Part shown: positions 41,714-55,042 of the stretch, piece by piece | Layout: the number at the start of each line of letters is the position of its first letter | How positions within the stretch are numbered: the stretch's first letter is position 1 | NCBI RefSeq assembly: GCF_006345805.1 | Contig: NC_042999.1 | Location: 48,112,001 to 48,176,000, forward strand | DNA: 64,000 bases | Origin: Octopus sinensis | Lineage: Eukaryota | Direction of reading: 5' to 3' | The notes under the pieces: model-generated | What the model was told of the DNA's origin: nothing | The model's input: the letters and a program-made list of their open reading frames with translations, nothing else | Databases searched by the model: none | Position numbers and translations under genes: made by a program

Positions 41714-42160
41714 CACTTCACTTTGACCGACCAGTCCGTCAGGCGTCCATTTGACACCGCTGGTCACAGCACGCTGTCCACTCCTCTCTCGATCGCGCCT
41801 TTCTCATTCACGTGATCTCAATCGTCCTCTTGAAATCGTCACTCCACCGTCGTGGAGGTCTTCCGGGTGGTCTTTACACGCGGGTACCACTCCACAACTG
41901 CGTGCGTCCACCGATTATCGGTGAGCCGGGCGACGTGTCCATTCCATCTATACTTGCTGCGAGTATACTCTGCGATGACATATCACACGCCGGACTTCTT
42001 TCTGATGATGTTGTTATTTATGTGCTCTCTCAACGAGATACCAAGCATTGACCTTTCCATGGCTCTTTGAGCCGTTATCAGTCCTTGCTCTTCTCTCTTT
42101 GTGGTAGCCCATGTTTCACTACCATATCACATTGCAGGCAGAACTGCACTGTTAATGAGG
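41713..42160 (-). mobile_element. RTE-clade LINE 3' fragment
   Basis: VLPAM*YGSETW, QRAMERSMLGISLREHI, RWNGHVARLTDNRWT..VVEWYPR, GRPPRRWSDD; GTGAAGTGA tail running into (TA)n. Confidence 0.9.
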
Positions 42161-42220
42161 TTTATATACATAAATATATATATGCACGTATATCTAGCTA
42201 TATATCTATTTATATATATA

Positions 42221-42264
<44 letters not shown>

Positions 42265-42388
42265 AAGATAAATGCGATACAATAAAATTAATTATAATAT
42301 ATATTATAAAATTATAAAATTAATTATTATATATATATATATATATATATATAATAAATGTTGATGCACTTATAAATATATATGAATC

Positions 42389-42712
42389 TGGTTAGGGCAG
42401 CGAACTCGCGGGCGTAGGATCGCGGTTTCGATTCCAAGACCGGGCGTTATGGGTTGTTATTGGACGAAAATACCTGTAGCTCCAGGAGATTCTGGTGGTG
42501 GGTGTGGGTGTAACGAGATCTGTACTCTTTCACTAAAACTTTCGCTCTTTCTTCCTGTTTATGATCTACCTGTATTTCAAAGGACCAGGCTTTTCACACC
42601 CTGTGTCATGCTGAATCTCCCCGAGAACTAAGTTAAGGGTACACGTAACAGCTCAGCCACATTAATTTCACGAGCTGGCTGTTCCGTTGATCGGCTCAAC
42701 TGGAACCCTCGT
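42389..42712 (+). mobile_element. tRNA(Arg)-derived SINE, family C head with alternative 3' body
   Basis: TGGTTAGGGCAGCG...CTCGCG...GGTTTCGATTCC (A/B boxes, TCG anticodon-like). 5' part matches 60101-60395; 3' half differs. Confidence 0.8.
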
Positions 42713-42787
42713 AAAATAATGCGGTATCCGCCAGGATAATGCTTCCTTTTCATGCTATATATATCATTGCTAAGTAAACATAGTAGG

Positions 42788-42936
<149 letters not shown>

Positions 42937-42940
42937 CATA

Positions 42941-43021
42941 CAGTAATACCTCGACTATCCCAGAGGTTACTTTCCAAAATCCCCCGCGATAGTTGAACCG
43001 GGCCATGGCGAAGGATTACTG
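42941..43021. mobile_element. 81-bp pogo/Tigger-like micro-MITE
   Basis: TA/CAGTAATACCTCG ... CGAAGGATTACTG terminal inverted repeats (11 of 13 match). Confidence 0.55.
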
Positions 43022-43872
43022 CATATATATATATATGTATATGCCGTATATATAGTTCCACAGTTTCAATTAAGCTCGAGATCTCGTATAAATTTAGATA
43101 TATATTTGCGTACGTATGATATGTTTATTTAGCTTCAGGATATTGTTTTCATTTCATCTATATTCAGATATAAGAATTATAATAGAATGATACCAAAGCT
43201 ATTGATGTCTTAACAGTGTACCTTGCAGTGAATTGCTTGTAATATACAAAAATTCAGTTAGTATCAATTTTGATAGAAAATTCAACATCGTAAGTGGCGA
43301 GAGAATATGATAATATTTATTGTGACACTGTCTTATATATGCAAGTTTTATCGTATAGATAAGTTTCCAAAAATTGCATGTTTAAAATGTTAGATGTATT
43401 CTACTGAACCATTGATGTGAAGACTAGATAAAAGATGATGCAGGTAGATAATAGAATATTATTTATTATTTCCGGGTGATTATAGCGAGTCTGTATTTCC
43501 ATGCACGCTTTGACTTGGATCTAAGCTGCTGTTGTCATGTAACTCCATTGATGTAGTTTATATCAAAATATATAAATCTTGTAATGATTTTTACTTCAAT
43601 GAGTTGGACACATCTTTGGAGTTGACTTAAGGTGTCAAATTATTGTTATTCTTGCCATATCATCCGTAATAAAATGTAGTTAAACACTGTAGTTATAGCT
43701 ATAAATCCCTTTCGTCTAGCAATGCCGTTATGAATATTTGAAGAATATAGTCACCGAATACAAAACATGATTCTCTCACATTTCTTATTTGCAGCAATGC
43801 ATATATGCTTGTATGCATAGGGGATGTATTCTATATTCCAGTGCATGTATGTGCGCATTTACGTGTATGCAC

Positions 43873-43910
<38 letters not shown>

Positions 43911-44177
43911 TATATATATATAATATATATATATGTATGTACGTATGTATACTTATACATATATACACACACATATATATATTTATACACACGCACACAT
44001 ATATATATATACATATATTACTTTGCCGCATACTGAACTCATTAGAAATAGCAGCTAAAAAAACTTTTTTTAAAACTATTTCTAATACTTAAAGAAAACC
44101 TCTCTCATATAGTGTTTGCTCAATTCAACTCACGAAAGTATGTGGGTAGAGACATTAAAAAATCAAATGCAAAGGTT

Positions 44178-44237
44178 ATTTGAGAACGTACGTTTCAAGA
44201 TTAGTCAAACTCGACATTTCTATCATCAGCTCAGAAC
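44178..44237 (-). ncRNA. Type I hammerhead-like motif (inverted arm)
   Basis: Reverse-complement copy of 44816-44875; core and stem III intact. Confidence 0.6.
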
Positions 44238-44256
44238 TCCCTGAGAGTTCTGAGGG

Positions 44257-44317
44257 AGTTCTGAGCTGATGATAGAAATGTCGAGTTTGACTAATCTTGA
44301 AACGTACTTTCTCAAAT
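44257..44317 (+). ncRNA. Type I hammerhead-like motif (G16.2>T copy)
   Basis: As 44816-44875 but GAAACGTACTTT, which weakens stem III. Confidence 0.5.
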
Positions 44318-44815
44318 AACCTTTGCATTTGATTTTTTAATGTCTCTACCCCCATACTTTCGTGAGTTGAATTGAGCAAACACTATATGAGAGAGGTTTT
44401 CTTTAAGTATTAGAAATAGTTTTAAAAAAGTTTTTTTAGCTGCTATTTCTAATGAGTTCAGTATGCGGCAAAGTAATTTATTTTACTAAGCCCTTTTATA
44501 TAATGTAATAATTTGAATTCGCCTTAAATGGTCCCTTTGCATACTGAATACTTGGTGAAATTGATTAATTAATTAATTTTACCCTCAATTGTTGAAATTA
44601 TAATTCATCTCTCTCTATATAATGCCTCTGATTTTACCGAAAAAAGCATAGTGTTTACTGATTTTAACCCACGCTGGTGGAAAGGGGAGAGCAGAAATTC
44701 TTCGCTTGCATTTTTGAGTTTGCTGGCACTGTTAGTTTCGAGCAGGTCTTCAGAAGCGATAAGAAGCCGAAAGGGTATTCTCCCACTTTCAGTGTTTTCA
44801 AATCCAAACTAGGGA

Positions 44816-44875
44816 ATTCTGAGCTGATGATAGAAATGTCGAGTTTGACTAATCTTGAAACGTACGTTCTCAAAT
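44816..44875 (+). ncRNA. Type I hammerhead-like motif
   Basis: ATT-c-TGAG-CTGATGA-TAGAAATGTC-GAGTTT-GACTAATCTT-GAAAC-GTAC-GT-T-CTCA-AAT: stem I 4+3 bp in register, canonical CUGAUGA and GAAA, palindromic stem III; stem II imperfect (U.U at 10.1/11.1). Confidence 0.65.
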
Positions 44876-45174
44876 AACCTTTGCATTTGATTTTTTAATG
44901 TCTCTACCCCCATACTTTCGTGAGTTGAATTGAGCAAACACTATATGAGAGAGGTTTTCTTTAAGTATTAGAAATAGTTTTAAAAAAGTTTTTTTAGCTG
45001 CTATTTCTAATGAGTTCAGTATGCGGCAAAGTAATTTATTTTACTAAGCCCTTTTATATAATGTAATAATTTGAATTCGCCTTAAATGGTCCCTTTGCAT
45101 ACTGAATACTTGGTGAAATTGATTAATTAATTAATTTTACCCTCAATTGTTGAAATTATATATACATATATATA

Positions 45175-45231
<57 letters not shown>

Positions 45232-45477
45232 TATGAATTACGTTGTTTTAAATTCGAGTAATTGTTTGCATTATTTGGTTATTTGGTCTCAAGAAATCTT
45301 AGACACTAAACATTTCCTTTGTTGTCTCCATTTTCCAAATTGTGTATATGTATGTATTGTCACGATGCATGTTTTATAAGTCAAAGTAAACCTGATTAGA
45401 TGTTATGCTTAACATAGAAGTAAAGTAAATTCCTGATACATTTCACTTTTTGCTATTGCATATATATATATATATAT

Positions 45478-45595
45478 TACGTGATCACGTGACCGAGCAG
45501 GCTATCAGATGTTGTTACACATCGCTGGTCATAATGCGCTTCGCATTGTTTTAGCCTTCAAATGAAACCACCCCGCTGGCTAAGCGTGCAGGCCA
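45478..45595 (-). mobile_element. SINE family C 3' fragment
   Basis: Matches 60101-60215. Confidence 0.85.
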
Positions 45596-45614
45596 TATAT
45601 ATATACAACGTAAT

Positions 45615-46015
45615 TTTCTCTGTCAGTCATATTGTTGATGTCTTCTGTGACATTTAAGTTCTTCCAAAGATTTGCAAAGAACGCCACATATATTGCAAGT
45701 ATGTCGATAGCAGTTTTACTGCAGGATGTATTTTTGCAGGCGCTTTTGTCCTTTACCTTGCACCCCGTAGCCTGTAAATACTGGTTGAAACAAAGTTTCT
45801 GATACCATTCTGACACACCGATCAGTATTTTGTTCGGTGCAAGTCTGTTCACTCAAAATTGTTGTGTGCTAGATTCATTTCTAAGACGTTACTCTTCAGC
45901 TTGTCCTTATATCTGAGCCATGGTTAACTAGTATTGCTGTGCTCAATCTCAAAATGGTCGTACACGAGAAATCTGGCTATTCTTTCGTAACTGATTCTGA
46001 TGACATGGGAACTAT
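45615..46015 (-). mobile_element. RTE (BovB-like) LINE 3' fragment
   Basis: SHVIRI..R, PWLRYKDKLKSN, C2H2 finger TCNICGVLCKSLEELKCHRRH. Confidence 0.75.
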
Positions 46016-47200
46016 AGGACATAAGACTCGAGAATAATGAGGGAATAACGGGAAAAACACCTGGATTGTGTACTTATCAGCAGCAATCACAAACGGTAGT
46101 TTTAGAAATCAGTATCAACGGATATTCACTCGGATGACTAACCCTAGGTTTTACTGTTATATTCAGTATTTTTTTTTTATTTTATGCAATTATGTTTTTC
46201 AATGCTTACGGTCATAGTTCACATTTACGGGCGAAAATCGTAGACAGCTTTGAAATTACAGTAAATTTATCATTCATTTAAACATCTGTTTGAAATTCAG
46301 GAAATTCACTAAATAAATATCAGTGGTTTGAAAACGGATTTACTCACGAATGCAAAATTGACTTTAGCCTACTCTGGTACTCTCGATTTGGTGCTGAATA
46401 TCGTTAAGTAAAATATTTTAATACAGGCTCTTAATTATTCAGCCTTGACTACAAGCATACAACTGGAGGACTCTAATGACATTAACTTTCACGCGTAAAC
46501 TATAGTGGACCACTGAGTTCGGGAAGCACAAATAAGGTATCGGTAATACTGAGATGATTCTCAAACATCACAAGTCACTATTGAACTGTAAACAAATATT
46601 ACAGAATAAGATGAGAAAGTGATAAGTGGATTCTGGCATCAGGATACTATCCAACTTATTCTTACCCACCCCATCAGTTTCGGTCATCCGTAGTTTTTTT
46701 AATCCTATTTTCTAGACTGACTGGTCGTATTTTTACCTTCTTATACAATGTCAAATATATTGACCTTGTTGTCTCCTAAAGTTATTAAGAAGCTGTCTGG
46801 TAGTCTTTGCTCGATAAAGTATCTCAATGTAAGAAAGAACACTGCATACGATACAATTAGCACTTGTTTAAGGCACCAAATCTCCATAGTAACTTTAAGC
46901 TTTTACACATTTTTTTTTTAATTTTTCAGATCATACAACTATACTTAAGGGAACTCTAGTGTATTTCTCTACGAATTATTTCCTCAGACTTTGATAATCC
47001 TGTATATGAGGATATCCATTATTGTTTAAGGCTTACATAGGTAGATTTAGCCTGCTTACGTAGGTTGATTTAGCATGCCCTTAATATTATTGATGTTCCT
47101 TTTTCTTTTATATGCAAGGTATTTTCTATTTCTTTATTATTATCTTAAATTTATATGAAGTTTTTTCTTAATATATTAATAAATTATATATTACTAATAT

Positions 47201-47615
47201 GCGTAGGAGTAGCTATGTGGTAAGTAGCTTGCTTACGAACCACATGGTTTCGGGTTCAGTCCCACTGCGTGGCACCTGGGCAAGAGTCTTTTACTGTAGC
47301 ATCGGGCCGACCAAAGCCTTGTGAGTTGATTTGGTAGACGGAAACTGAAAGAAGCCTGTCGTGTGCATGTATATATGTATATGTATGTGTATATGTTTGT
47401 TTGTGTGTGTATGTTTGTGTGTCTGTGTTTGCCCCCCCCCCAACATCGCTTGTCACCCAATGGTGTGTTTACGTCCCCGTCACTTAGCAGTTCGGCAAAA
47501 GAGGCCAATAGAATAAGTACTAGGCTTACAAAGAATAAATCCTGGGGTCGATTTGCTCGACAAAAGGCGGTGCTCCAGCATGGCCACAATGAAATGACTG
47601 AAACAAGTAAAAGAG
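47201..47615 (+). mobile_element. tRNA-derived SINE, family A
   Basis: Co-linear with the other family A copies. Confidence 0.85.
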
Positions 47616-48240
47616 TCACAGTAAATACATTTCCATTGGTCTTGTCAATTGAGTAATAACGCTATAGTTCTTATAAATGTCTGTATTAACACTTCCTCCA
47701 ATGATGCAGTAGCCAGAACCACATGAAATACATCTAATACAAGCCATCCTGTAATGATGATCTACCTAAGGACTTACGGTTACACATGAAATCCATTAAA
47801 TCTTAATTTCATTCGAACTACAACAACAAAATATAATAGAGATGTCTAAGAATTTGACGCCGACTTAAGTACATATTACAACGAAATTAGTCAGAACAAT
47901 GTAGAATCAAAAGCGACCAGTATTTAATCAAATATTTAATTAAAAGTATTCGATGTAAATTTCATCTACTTCTATTACCTGCAGCCAGTTTAATAATGCC
48001 ATTGAATGCCACCACTACCACCCGATGTAAAATACCTCAATGGTACTGCATTGCTACTAAATCAACACAATAAATAACACTTCACCGTATCATACAATCC
48101 CTACTTTAAAAAGAAATGCAGAAATATATATACAAATTCTGCTATTGGTAATTTTATTTATATATATATATATATATATCTTTTCCGTCTACCCAATTCT
48201 ATTTAAAAACATTCTTTGTCTCTCTTCTCCTTTTTGTGGA

Positions 48241-48434
48241 AGAAGTAGGAAGAAAGAATGAGCGAAATTTGTGGTGAAAGAGTACAGCGGGGTTCACTAT
48301 CCACCCCCGCCGGAGCCTCTTGGAGCTTAGGTGTTTTTGCTCAATAAACACTCGCAATGTCCTGTCTGGGAATCGAAACCTCGTTCTTACTACCACGAGT
48401 CCGCTGCCCTAACTACTGGGCCGTTGCGCCTCCA
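48241..48434 (-). mobile_element. SINE family C 5' part
   Basis: TGGAGGCGCAACGGCCCAGTAGTTAGGGCAGCGGACTCG...GGTTTCGATTCCCAG on the minus strand. Confidence 0.85.
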
Positions 48435-48571
48435 CTGTCTCTCTTGTTGCGTCTGTGTCGAACGATGTTATCTCATCGTGGTAATTTGTTCTTCAGAGTA
48501 AAATTTTAACTGCATAACTCTAAAAGTCCTGTATTTTTATGTCAGTTCTCCCTCTCTTTCTAGTTGTCTCT

Positions 48572-48611
<40 letters not shown>

Positions 48612-48861
48612 CTATTATTCACTGACTCACCCTTTCTGAAAATTTCAACTACAGCTCGCTCTAGTTTCGCGGTCTTTTTTTTTACTCTATTTGAATTATC
48701 TTCTACATATATTCGGATACGCACAATTATACAGGCACATAAAACAATTAGCAAAATCATGGTCCATATTACCAATACATTTTTCATTGGAAGTTACTGT
48801 GATACATATACACAGAAAACATAAGCATTCACTCTCATTTTCATGCATACATACGCACATA

Positions 48862-48897
<36 letters not shown>

Positions 48898-50870
48898 CAC
48901 AAATGGTTGTAAAAATTACAAAGTTTCGTATCCATTTGCTCTCTTCTGATAGCAGCTCCTTATATGTGTTACTGCAATTAGACATAACACACTGACGCCC
49001 TTTTGAGTAATCGAAGACTGCTAGCTTTCTAATTTATCACTTTCAATGTCGATATTGTGTATTTCAAAATCATGTGTCTCTGTAATCGACAAAATGTCGA
49101 ATACGACAATCCAAGAGAAAAAATATGAGTATCGAACACTCGAAAATAATATACCATAATTGTTTATTATTTCTCTGAATAAATACAACACAACCCACGC
49201 ATGCATACTTAAAGGGAGTTATAGTAATTTTCTTGATTCTTCCAAAACACGGACAATAATTCTTTTGATCATTGTTGAACCGAATATCATATTTCAGCGT
49301 ACACTATTGTTCATTTGTCATTTCATACTGAATTTTATTGAATGAAATTCAAAATGTTGTTCTTATGACTGCGATGCAGCAACAATTCTAAAAATTCAAT
49401 GAGATCAACTATAACATCTGTATTGATATTTCCCCATTGATGCATTTTATATTGTATTGAAAACCTTTTAATCCTTGCAAGAGCGATACTTCTTGTTTTA
49501 ATTATTTCAGTATGCTAAATTTGTACAACTCTGGTTTTAATGCCCATTCGCAGCGTGACTACAAATGTAAAAGGATTCCAGGATTATTTTAAAAAAAGTT
49601 TAAAACCCACACAACTGATTCTCGTGTAGGCAGCTGCAGGGATTTAAAGAGATTATTTGAAAATTGTTTGCAATTATCCAGTTCGAGGCTGAATAACATG
49701 ATACAAAGAAGTACAGCTTATTATATGTTTCATAAATAAGTGAATCTGTTCAGTATATATGATGACATGAAGTATGAATTATAACAAGTTAATCTCCAAT
49801 ATGCTTCTGTGCTCTCCAACTAGCTGGTTAATATATGTTACTCAATAGGAATATATTCACTGACTAATCACCCTCCAATAAGTGGAAGTATTTATAGGGA
49901 GTTGTTTGTAACTTCAAACTATTAGATACCACATACAAAAAAGGGAAGAGCTCGTCTCCCAGGCTGCAAGCCTCTGTCAGAGATTTTTGGCTTCAGTCAC
50001 GATCTCTGCCCCACCTAACTGATTCTGCACTACTCTACATCCTTACATCTAGTTCATTCATAGCTTTCTTCTCCACTCCTCTCTGCTCCTGTCGCATTCT
50101 GACTTTCTTTGTCCGTCTCTCTCTCTCTCTCTCCCACTCCCTCACTCTCTCTCTCTCTCATTCACAATTCCTATCCAGCACCACATTCATTCTCACTCCC
50201 TCTCTTTGTTTCTCTCTCTCTTCCTCTCTCCCTCTAATTCACACTTCCTTTCTAGCACCACGTTGTAAAATCATTTCTGAAAGTTCAGTGAGCAGTTCAA
50301 ATAAGTACTAGTATCACGAAACTCTAACTTAAAATAGAGTTCTTCCAGTGATGAGCATAAGAACACTGCACTTACCTTATACGTTTATTTTTGGTGAGCA
50401 AATTAAGAAAACGCATTTCGATATATCAGCAGTTCCTCAGAATTCATATTTACTTTTTTGTAAACTTCTGTTTCATTTTCAAAATTTGCGATCAATTTTC
50501 CTGGGGAAATATCACTAACTACACTTCTAAATCTATTAGTCGTTCTAGAAGGCGTCAGTAAATACAAGTTATATTTATGGCTATGAATGTAAAGAAGGAA
50601 AGAACTAATGCATTTTCTACGATGATGATCGACAATAAATTTCATAACAGAAACCACCACAGTCACGTGCAGCAGAGCGAACTATGCTAATAACACGCAA
50701 GGACCCCAAGGTGGTGATAAACCATTTTAACGAAGATTGAAATGCTTGTTTACCTCCTACTCATACCTCTAATGCTTTGTAATATATATCACGCTTACTA
50801 TAGTGGTTTTAATTTTTCTATATAAAACTTGCGCATACATAGACACCTTCAGACGCTTCGATGTATTTGA

Positions 50871-51094
50871 AGGCGGCGAGCTGGCAGAAACGTTAGCACG
50901 CCGGGCGAAATGCTTGGCAGTATTTCGTTCTGAGTTCAAATTCCACCGAGGTCGACTTTGTTTTTGATCCGTTCTGGGTGGATAAATTAGTACCAGTTAC
51001 ACACTGGTTGGATGTAATCTACATAGTCCGTGTGTCTGTCCTTGTTTGTCCCCTCTATGCTTAGTCCCTTGTGAGCAATAAAGAAATAAGAAAC
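50871..51094 (+). mobile_element. SINE family B
   Basis: GGCGAGCTGGCAGAAACGTTAGCAC head, GAGTTCAAATTCC B-box, tail AATAAAGAAATAAG. Confidence 0.85.
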
Positions 51095-52726
51095 AATGTA
51101 TGATTAGGTGGTACTTCCAAAATATTACATTGGGGAGAGAAAGGAGGTATAAATAAGGAGAGAGGGAGGGAGATGGAGCGGCACTAGCATTATGATATTA
51201 CTTATTAACAGCTGCACAGACTGGCGCAACATGAAGTATCTTGCTGAAGGAGACAACGTGCCGCACAGTCTAGGAATTGAACCTGCATTGTTATCGTTAA
51301 CCGAACACTCTAACCTCTAGCACACTCACTTTCACCACAACATAATAAATATAAAGAAACCAATAGAATATATTAGGATGGAACATATTTATCATAACTG
51401 TATGCTATTGAGAAGTAAGAAAATATTTCAGGCTATTGTAAAATATATTAGAATTTCGAATATCTTGATAAACTTAGAAACAGATTTTCTATATGGCGTG
51501 AGTAATCAACAAGTGGCATGTGCCATAGATGACTATTTTCAGAAACTAATTATTTGTTGGATGCACTCAGAAGGCGGTGGCAGTATATATGCATTGTTTA
51601 CAAGAATATAAATGGCTATGTCGACTCAAAACTTGAAAAGCCATTTTCTATTTATATCCAAAAAATGAAAAGCAAAGTTAATATGGGCATAATTCAGGTA
51701 AACGTTAAAAAAGTCACGTTGAAATATAAGAAAAATAACTTATGTGCAATATACTCAATAGATTATGCCATCATTTGCTTTGATATATTTTTCTATAAAA
51801 TATTATGAAACAACAAAACTGTTTATATGTTCGGCATTTCGAGCAGAGTAGCTAAAATTTTGAATACACTTGTTTACTTTCACACTCTATAAAAAAACAT
51901 GCTTAATAACCATCATTTTGGAGAAAGACAGCAAGATACATAAACGCCATGACACTTTGTTTTATCGTGACTTACGTTAAGGAGAAGCCATAGGTATCTC
52001 AATTGGAAATACATGATACATTCTTTAATATTTTCCATACATTATTTCACCCAAAATTTTAGTCAAGAACATAAAAGGCCGAGTCAACTTGGGTAAAATT
52101 TGAAATCGTATAGTGAAGTGTTTGAACGATATAACTGAAGCCATTTTGTTCATACTTCAACTGATACGAGAAAACATATCCGATATCATTCATTAATACT
52201 GAACAAAATTAATGGGCAAAGATAAATTCATAAAGATAAATCTGTGTAGAGAAATGAAGGCCATAATCAACAAGAAGAGTACTTGTGAATCCGTGGGAGT
52301 TTGACAGATAAAAATAACTTTGATTCCGTCAGAAGTAAAATACTGACGCATTTATTTATTAAAATTGTGATATAAACTTCTTATAATGATAATCAACTTT
52401 AATTTCTGCAAAAATTTGAGCAATACATATACTCTCAAATATTTGTGTTCTTTAGACATATTTTCTGAAAGTCTCTTTGTAGTATCTGGAGATATGTAAT
52501 CAACACTCAACAGAGTTAAAAGGCTTGTTTTGAATGAGGCCGCGACTTGGTCATTGTATGGCAGGTCGACACCAGTCATCAAACGCACATTGAAAGGACT
52601 CATTCTTCCTATGCACGTTCTCTAGTTTCTAGTCGTGTGAGACATTTATGTGCATTTATGGGTACGCATAGCATATGTTGAAACATCTGCAGTAAGTTCC
52701 GCACTCAATAATATTTAATATGGAAA

Positions 52727-52900
52727 GAAAGGAAGAGACATAAACAAGAGACCATGGCACTACAATCAGCCAGGAACAGTCTTCGCTACATTTGCAGTAC
52801 CTGCCAGAGGGAGTGTTTGTCCAGGATAGGACTACACAGCCACAGCAAGAAATGTAACAGGAAATAAAATATAACAGCCGGACTAGACCTAGAAGAAAAA
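52727..52900 (+). mobile_element. RTE LINE 3' end (C-terminal zinc finger)
   Basis: ERKRHKQ...YICSTCQRECLSRIGLHSHSKKCNRK* (stop at 52865-52867). Confidence 0.8.
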
Positions 52901-55042
52901 AAAAAAATGCGCAACTCCATTGTCTCCCGAGACAGAAAGGATGCCAAACAAAAAACAAACTCGTTACAAGTAACTTTATGTTCTGTTCTAAAAGAGCTTA
53001 TCCAAAAGAAGTGTTAATTCATTCGGTTGGCGGAATGTTTATTTGTTACTTTGATTATTTAAAGAATTATATCAAATGTAAACTATTTGCTAAGGATAGA
53101 GGGAAAATGACAAGGAAATGACGGTTAAATTGCAAATAATTTAAGATATCTAGAATTAATTAAAAGGTATAGAATTTCTAGCGTAGTATGCAAGAAATCA
53201 TATGAATAAAAAACTGAAAGAATATATATATAAATATCAGTTATAGTACACATTAAAACTAAATTCAGTCATATGCAGCTACATTCTCTGTCTCTAATAA
53301 TAGGTTAAGTAAACATGTGTAAAAGAAAAAGAAAACTATATTTAAGAAATGCACATCGAGTTAAAATTACTTTGTGAAGTTGCCAACACGCCAAGTCAGC
53401 AGTTTTACAAGTGTCTGTGTATAATGGAAACACTGAATCAACATTAACACGAACATCAGTAATAACAAAAGTCGGAAGAAGAAGAAGGAGAAGAAACACG
53501 AGCAGGAAAGGAAAATCCAAAAAGAAAGAAAACCATATTTATAATAGAAGTTACATTGGTGTCAGTGATCTGCTTTTGCCTGTGATGTTTGGAAGTATCT
53601 TTTATTTTGTTATCATTTTGTTTATTCTTTATGCATTCAGACACATGCTGGAATACAGAGAACACGCACTCATACTCCCTTTCAGTAGCTTTCTTCTTTA
53701 GTTTCCATGAGTTTAAGTATATACACGTTTATTTACACAGACACACATACATGTATACAAAGGTTTTGGAATTTGGTGAGTGTGTGTATACGTGCGTAGT
53801 ATATGCCTGTATATTTGACCGTGTATTATTGTCTATATTAATAATCGAAAGTCAAATATAAAAGTAATAACTTGTAATAATATTTTTTTTTTAATATCTT
53901 AACTTTAAAGCGATCTTATTTTACAGTAAACATATATATTATTTCAACTACAAACTTATCTTTTCTTACAGAGTTGGTCTTACCTCTATTCCATATATTT
54001 GCTTATCAGTTCATTCAACTTATTATTTGGTCTTGCTGGAAATGTCCATATTTTCTATAAATTTATTTCGATTAACATATTCAGTCTTATACCTTACTGG
54101 AAATCAATAGACAATCGAGTTGACGAGCTTGAAACTTTACACAGATATACTATTTGGACGACCTGATAACTAGCTTGAATATTTTTTCAATGACGTCCAT
54201 TTTCTTTTCGTTATTCCTTTACCTATGGTACTTATAATAAATGGCAGAAAATATAATAAAGCATGTCGAGATAAATGGCAGCGTTGCAAAACACGACAGG
54301 TTGTTAAATGACAAAAAGGCATGGTGTTTTAGATCCCACTTATTGTGAATGGCAATATTTAAAACAAGAAGTCTAGTAATTTTCTTCACGCAATGATGGT
54401 GAACAGCTGCATTATTGATTTTATAGAATATTAATCGCTATTTTTGATATACTCTCTGGATTATATTTTTAGGATATTGATCTAATCTTTAGCTATTTAA
54501 AGTATTGCTTTGTTTGCATTTTAATGTACGGTTATATAGAAAGAAATTGTTTAGAGATGCAGTATGTCTACAAGAATAAATAGGCAGCGAATTAAAACAC
54601 ATGTAAGGAAAATTGGATTCAGCCATTTCTTTTAGCAGTTTACATATTTCAAGTAGTTTATATTTAGTTACTAAAGTTAAGTAAAATGCATTTAATATAA
54701 TATATTTACGTTAAATAAATATAACAAAAATCAAAGAAGAAATAGATATACTGTTACAATTATGTGGTGTTTAGAGAAAGCAATATTAAGTATACATTAA
54801 AGCTAATGGTTTCACTCGTTTGTAGAAATTCTGTTGCACAGTTTTACGAGTTTATTTGATTTGGTTATTGTACTGTTGTCATATGAGACAACGTCAAGTA
54901 AAGTCACTTCGCGAAACTGGCGAAGTATCTAATAGATATTTTATTGGTCCGTTTGCGGAATCGCCTATGTAGGCTATCGTAAACAAACCAACACCAGCTG
55001 TCAAGTGATGATGAGCTAAACACAAACACGCACGCTTATATA

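Larger units (their letters stand above)
44017..45160 (+). mobile_element. Non-coding hammerhead-bearing element: inverted arm + 350-bp direct repeats with 558-nt period (retrozyme-like or PLE partial tandem)
   Basis: 44017-44242 is the reverse complement of 44253-44477; 44253-44602 equals 44811-45160 (350 bp, about 99%); both outer ends abut (TA)n; each repeat copy contains a hammerhead motif. Confidence 0.75.

Noticed and set aside
44720-44760. Minus-strand CTGAAGA-CCTGCTC-GAAAC as an opposite-polarity hammerhead
   Set aside because: No stem II pairing, G at position 17 and no stem I in register.
45580-45852. 90-aa minus ORF that looked like a real exon
   Set aside because: Alternative frame of an RTE LINE 3' remnant (LRYKDKLK and a C2H2 finger lie in other frames).
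50376-50580. Minus-strand segment with strong acceptor and AAG/GTAAGT donor
   Set aside because: In-frame stop and no recognisable product; chance splice signals are common here.
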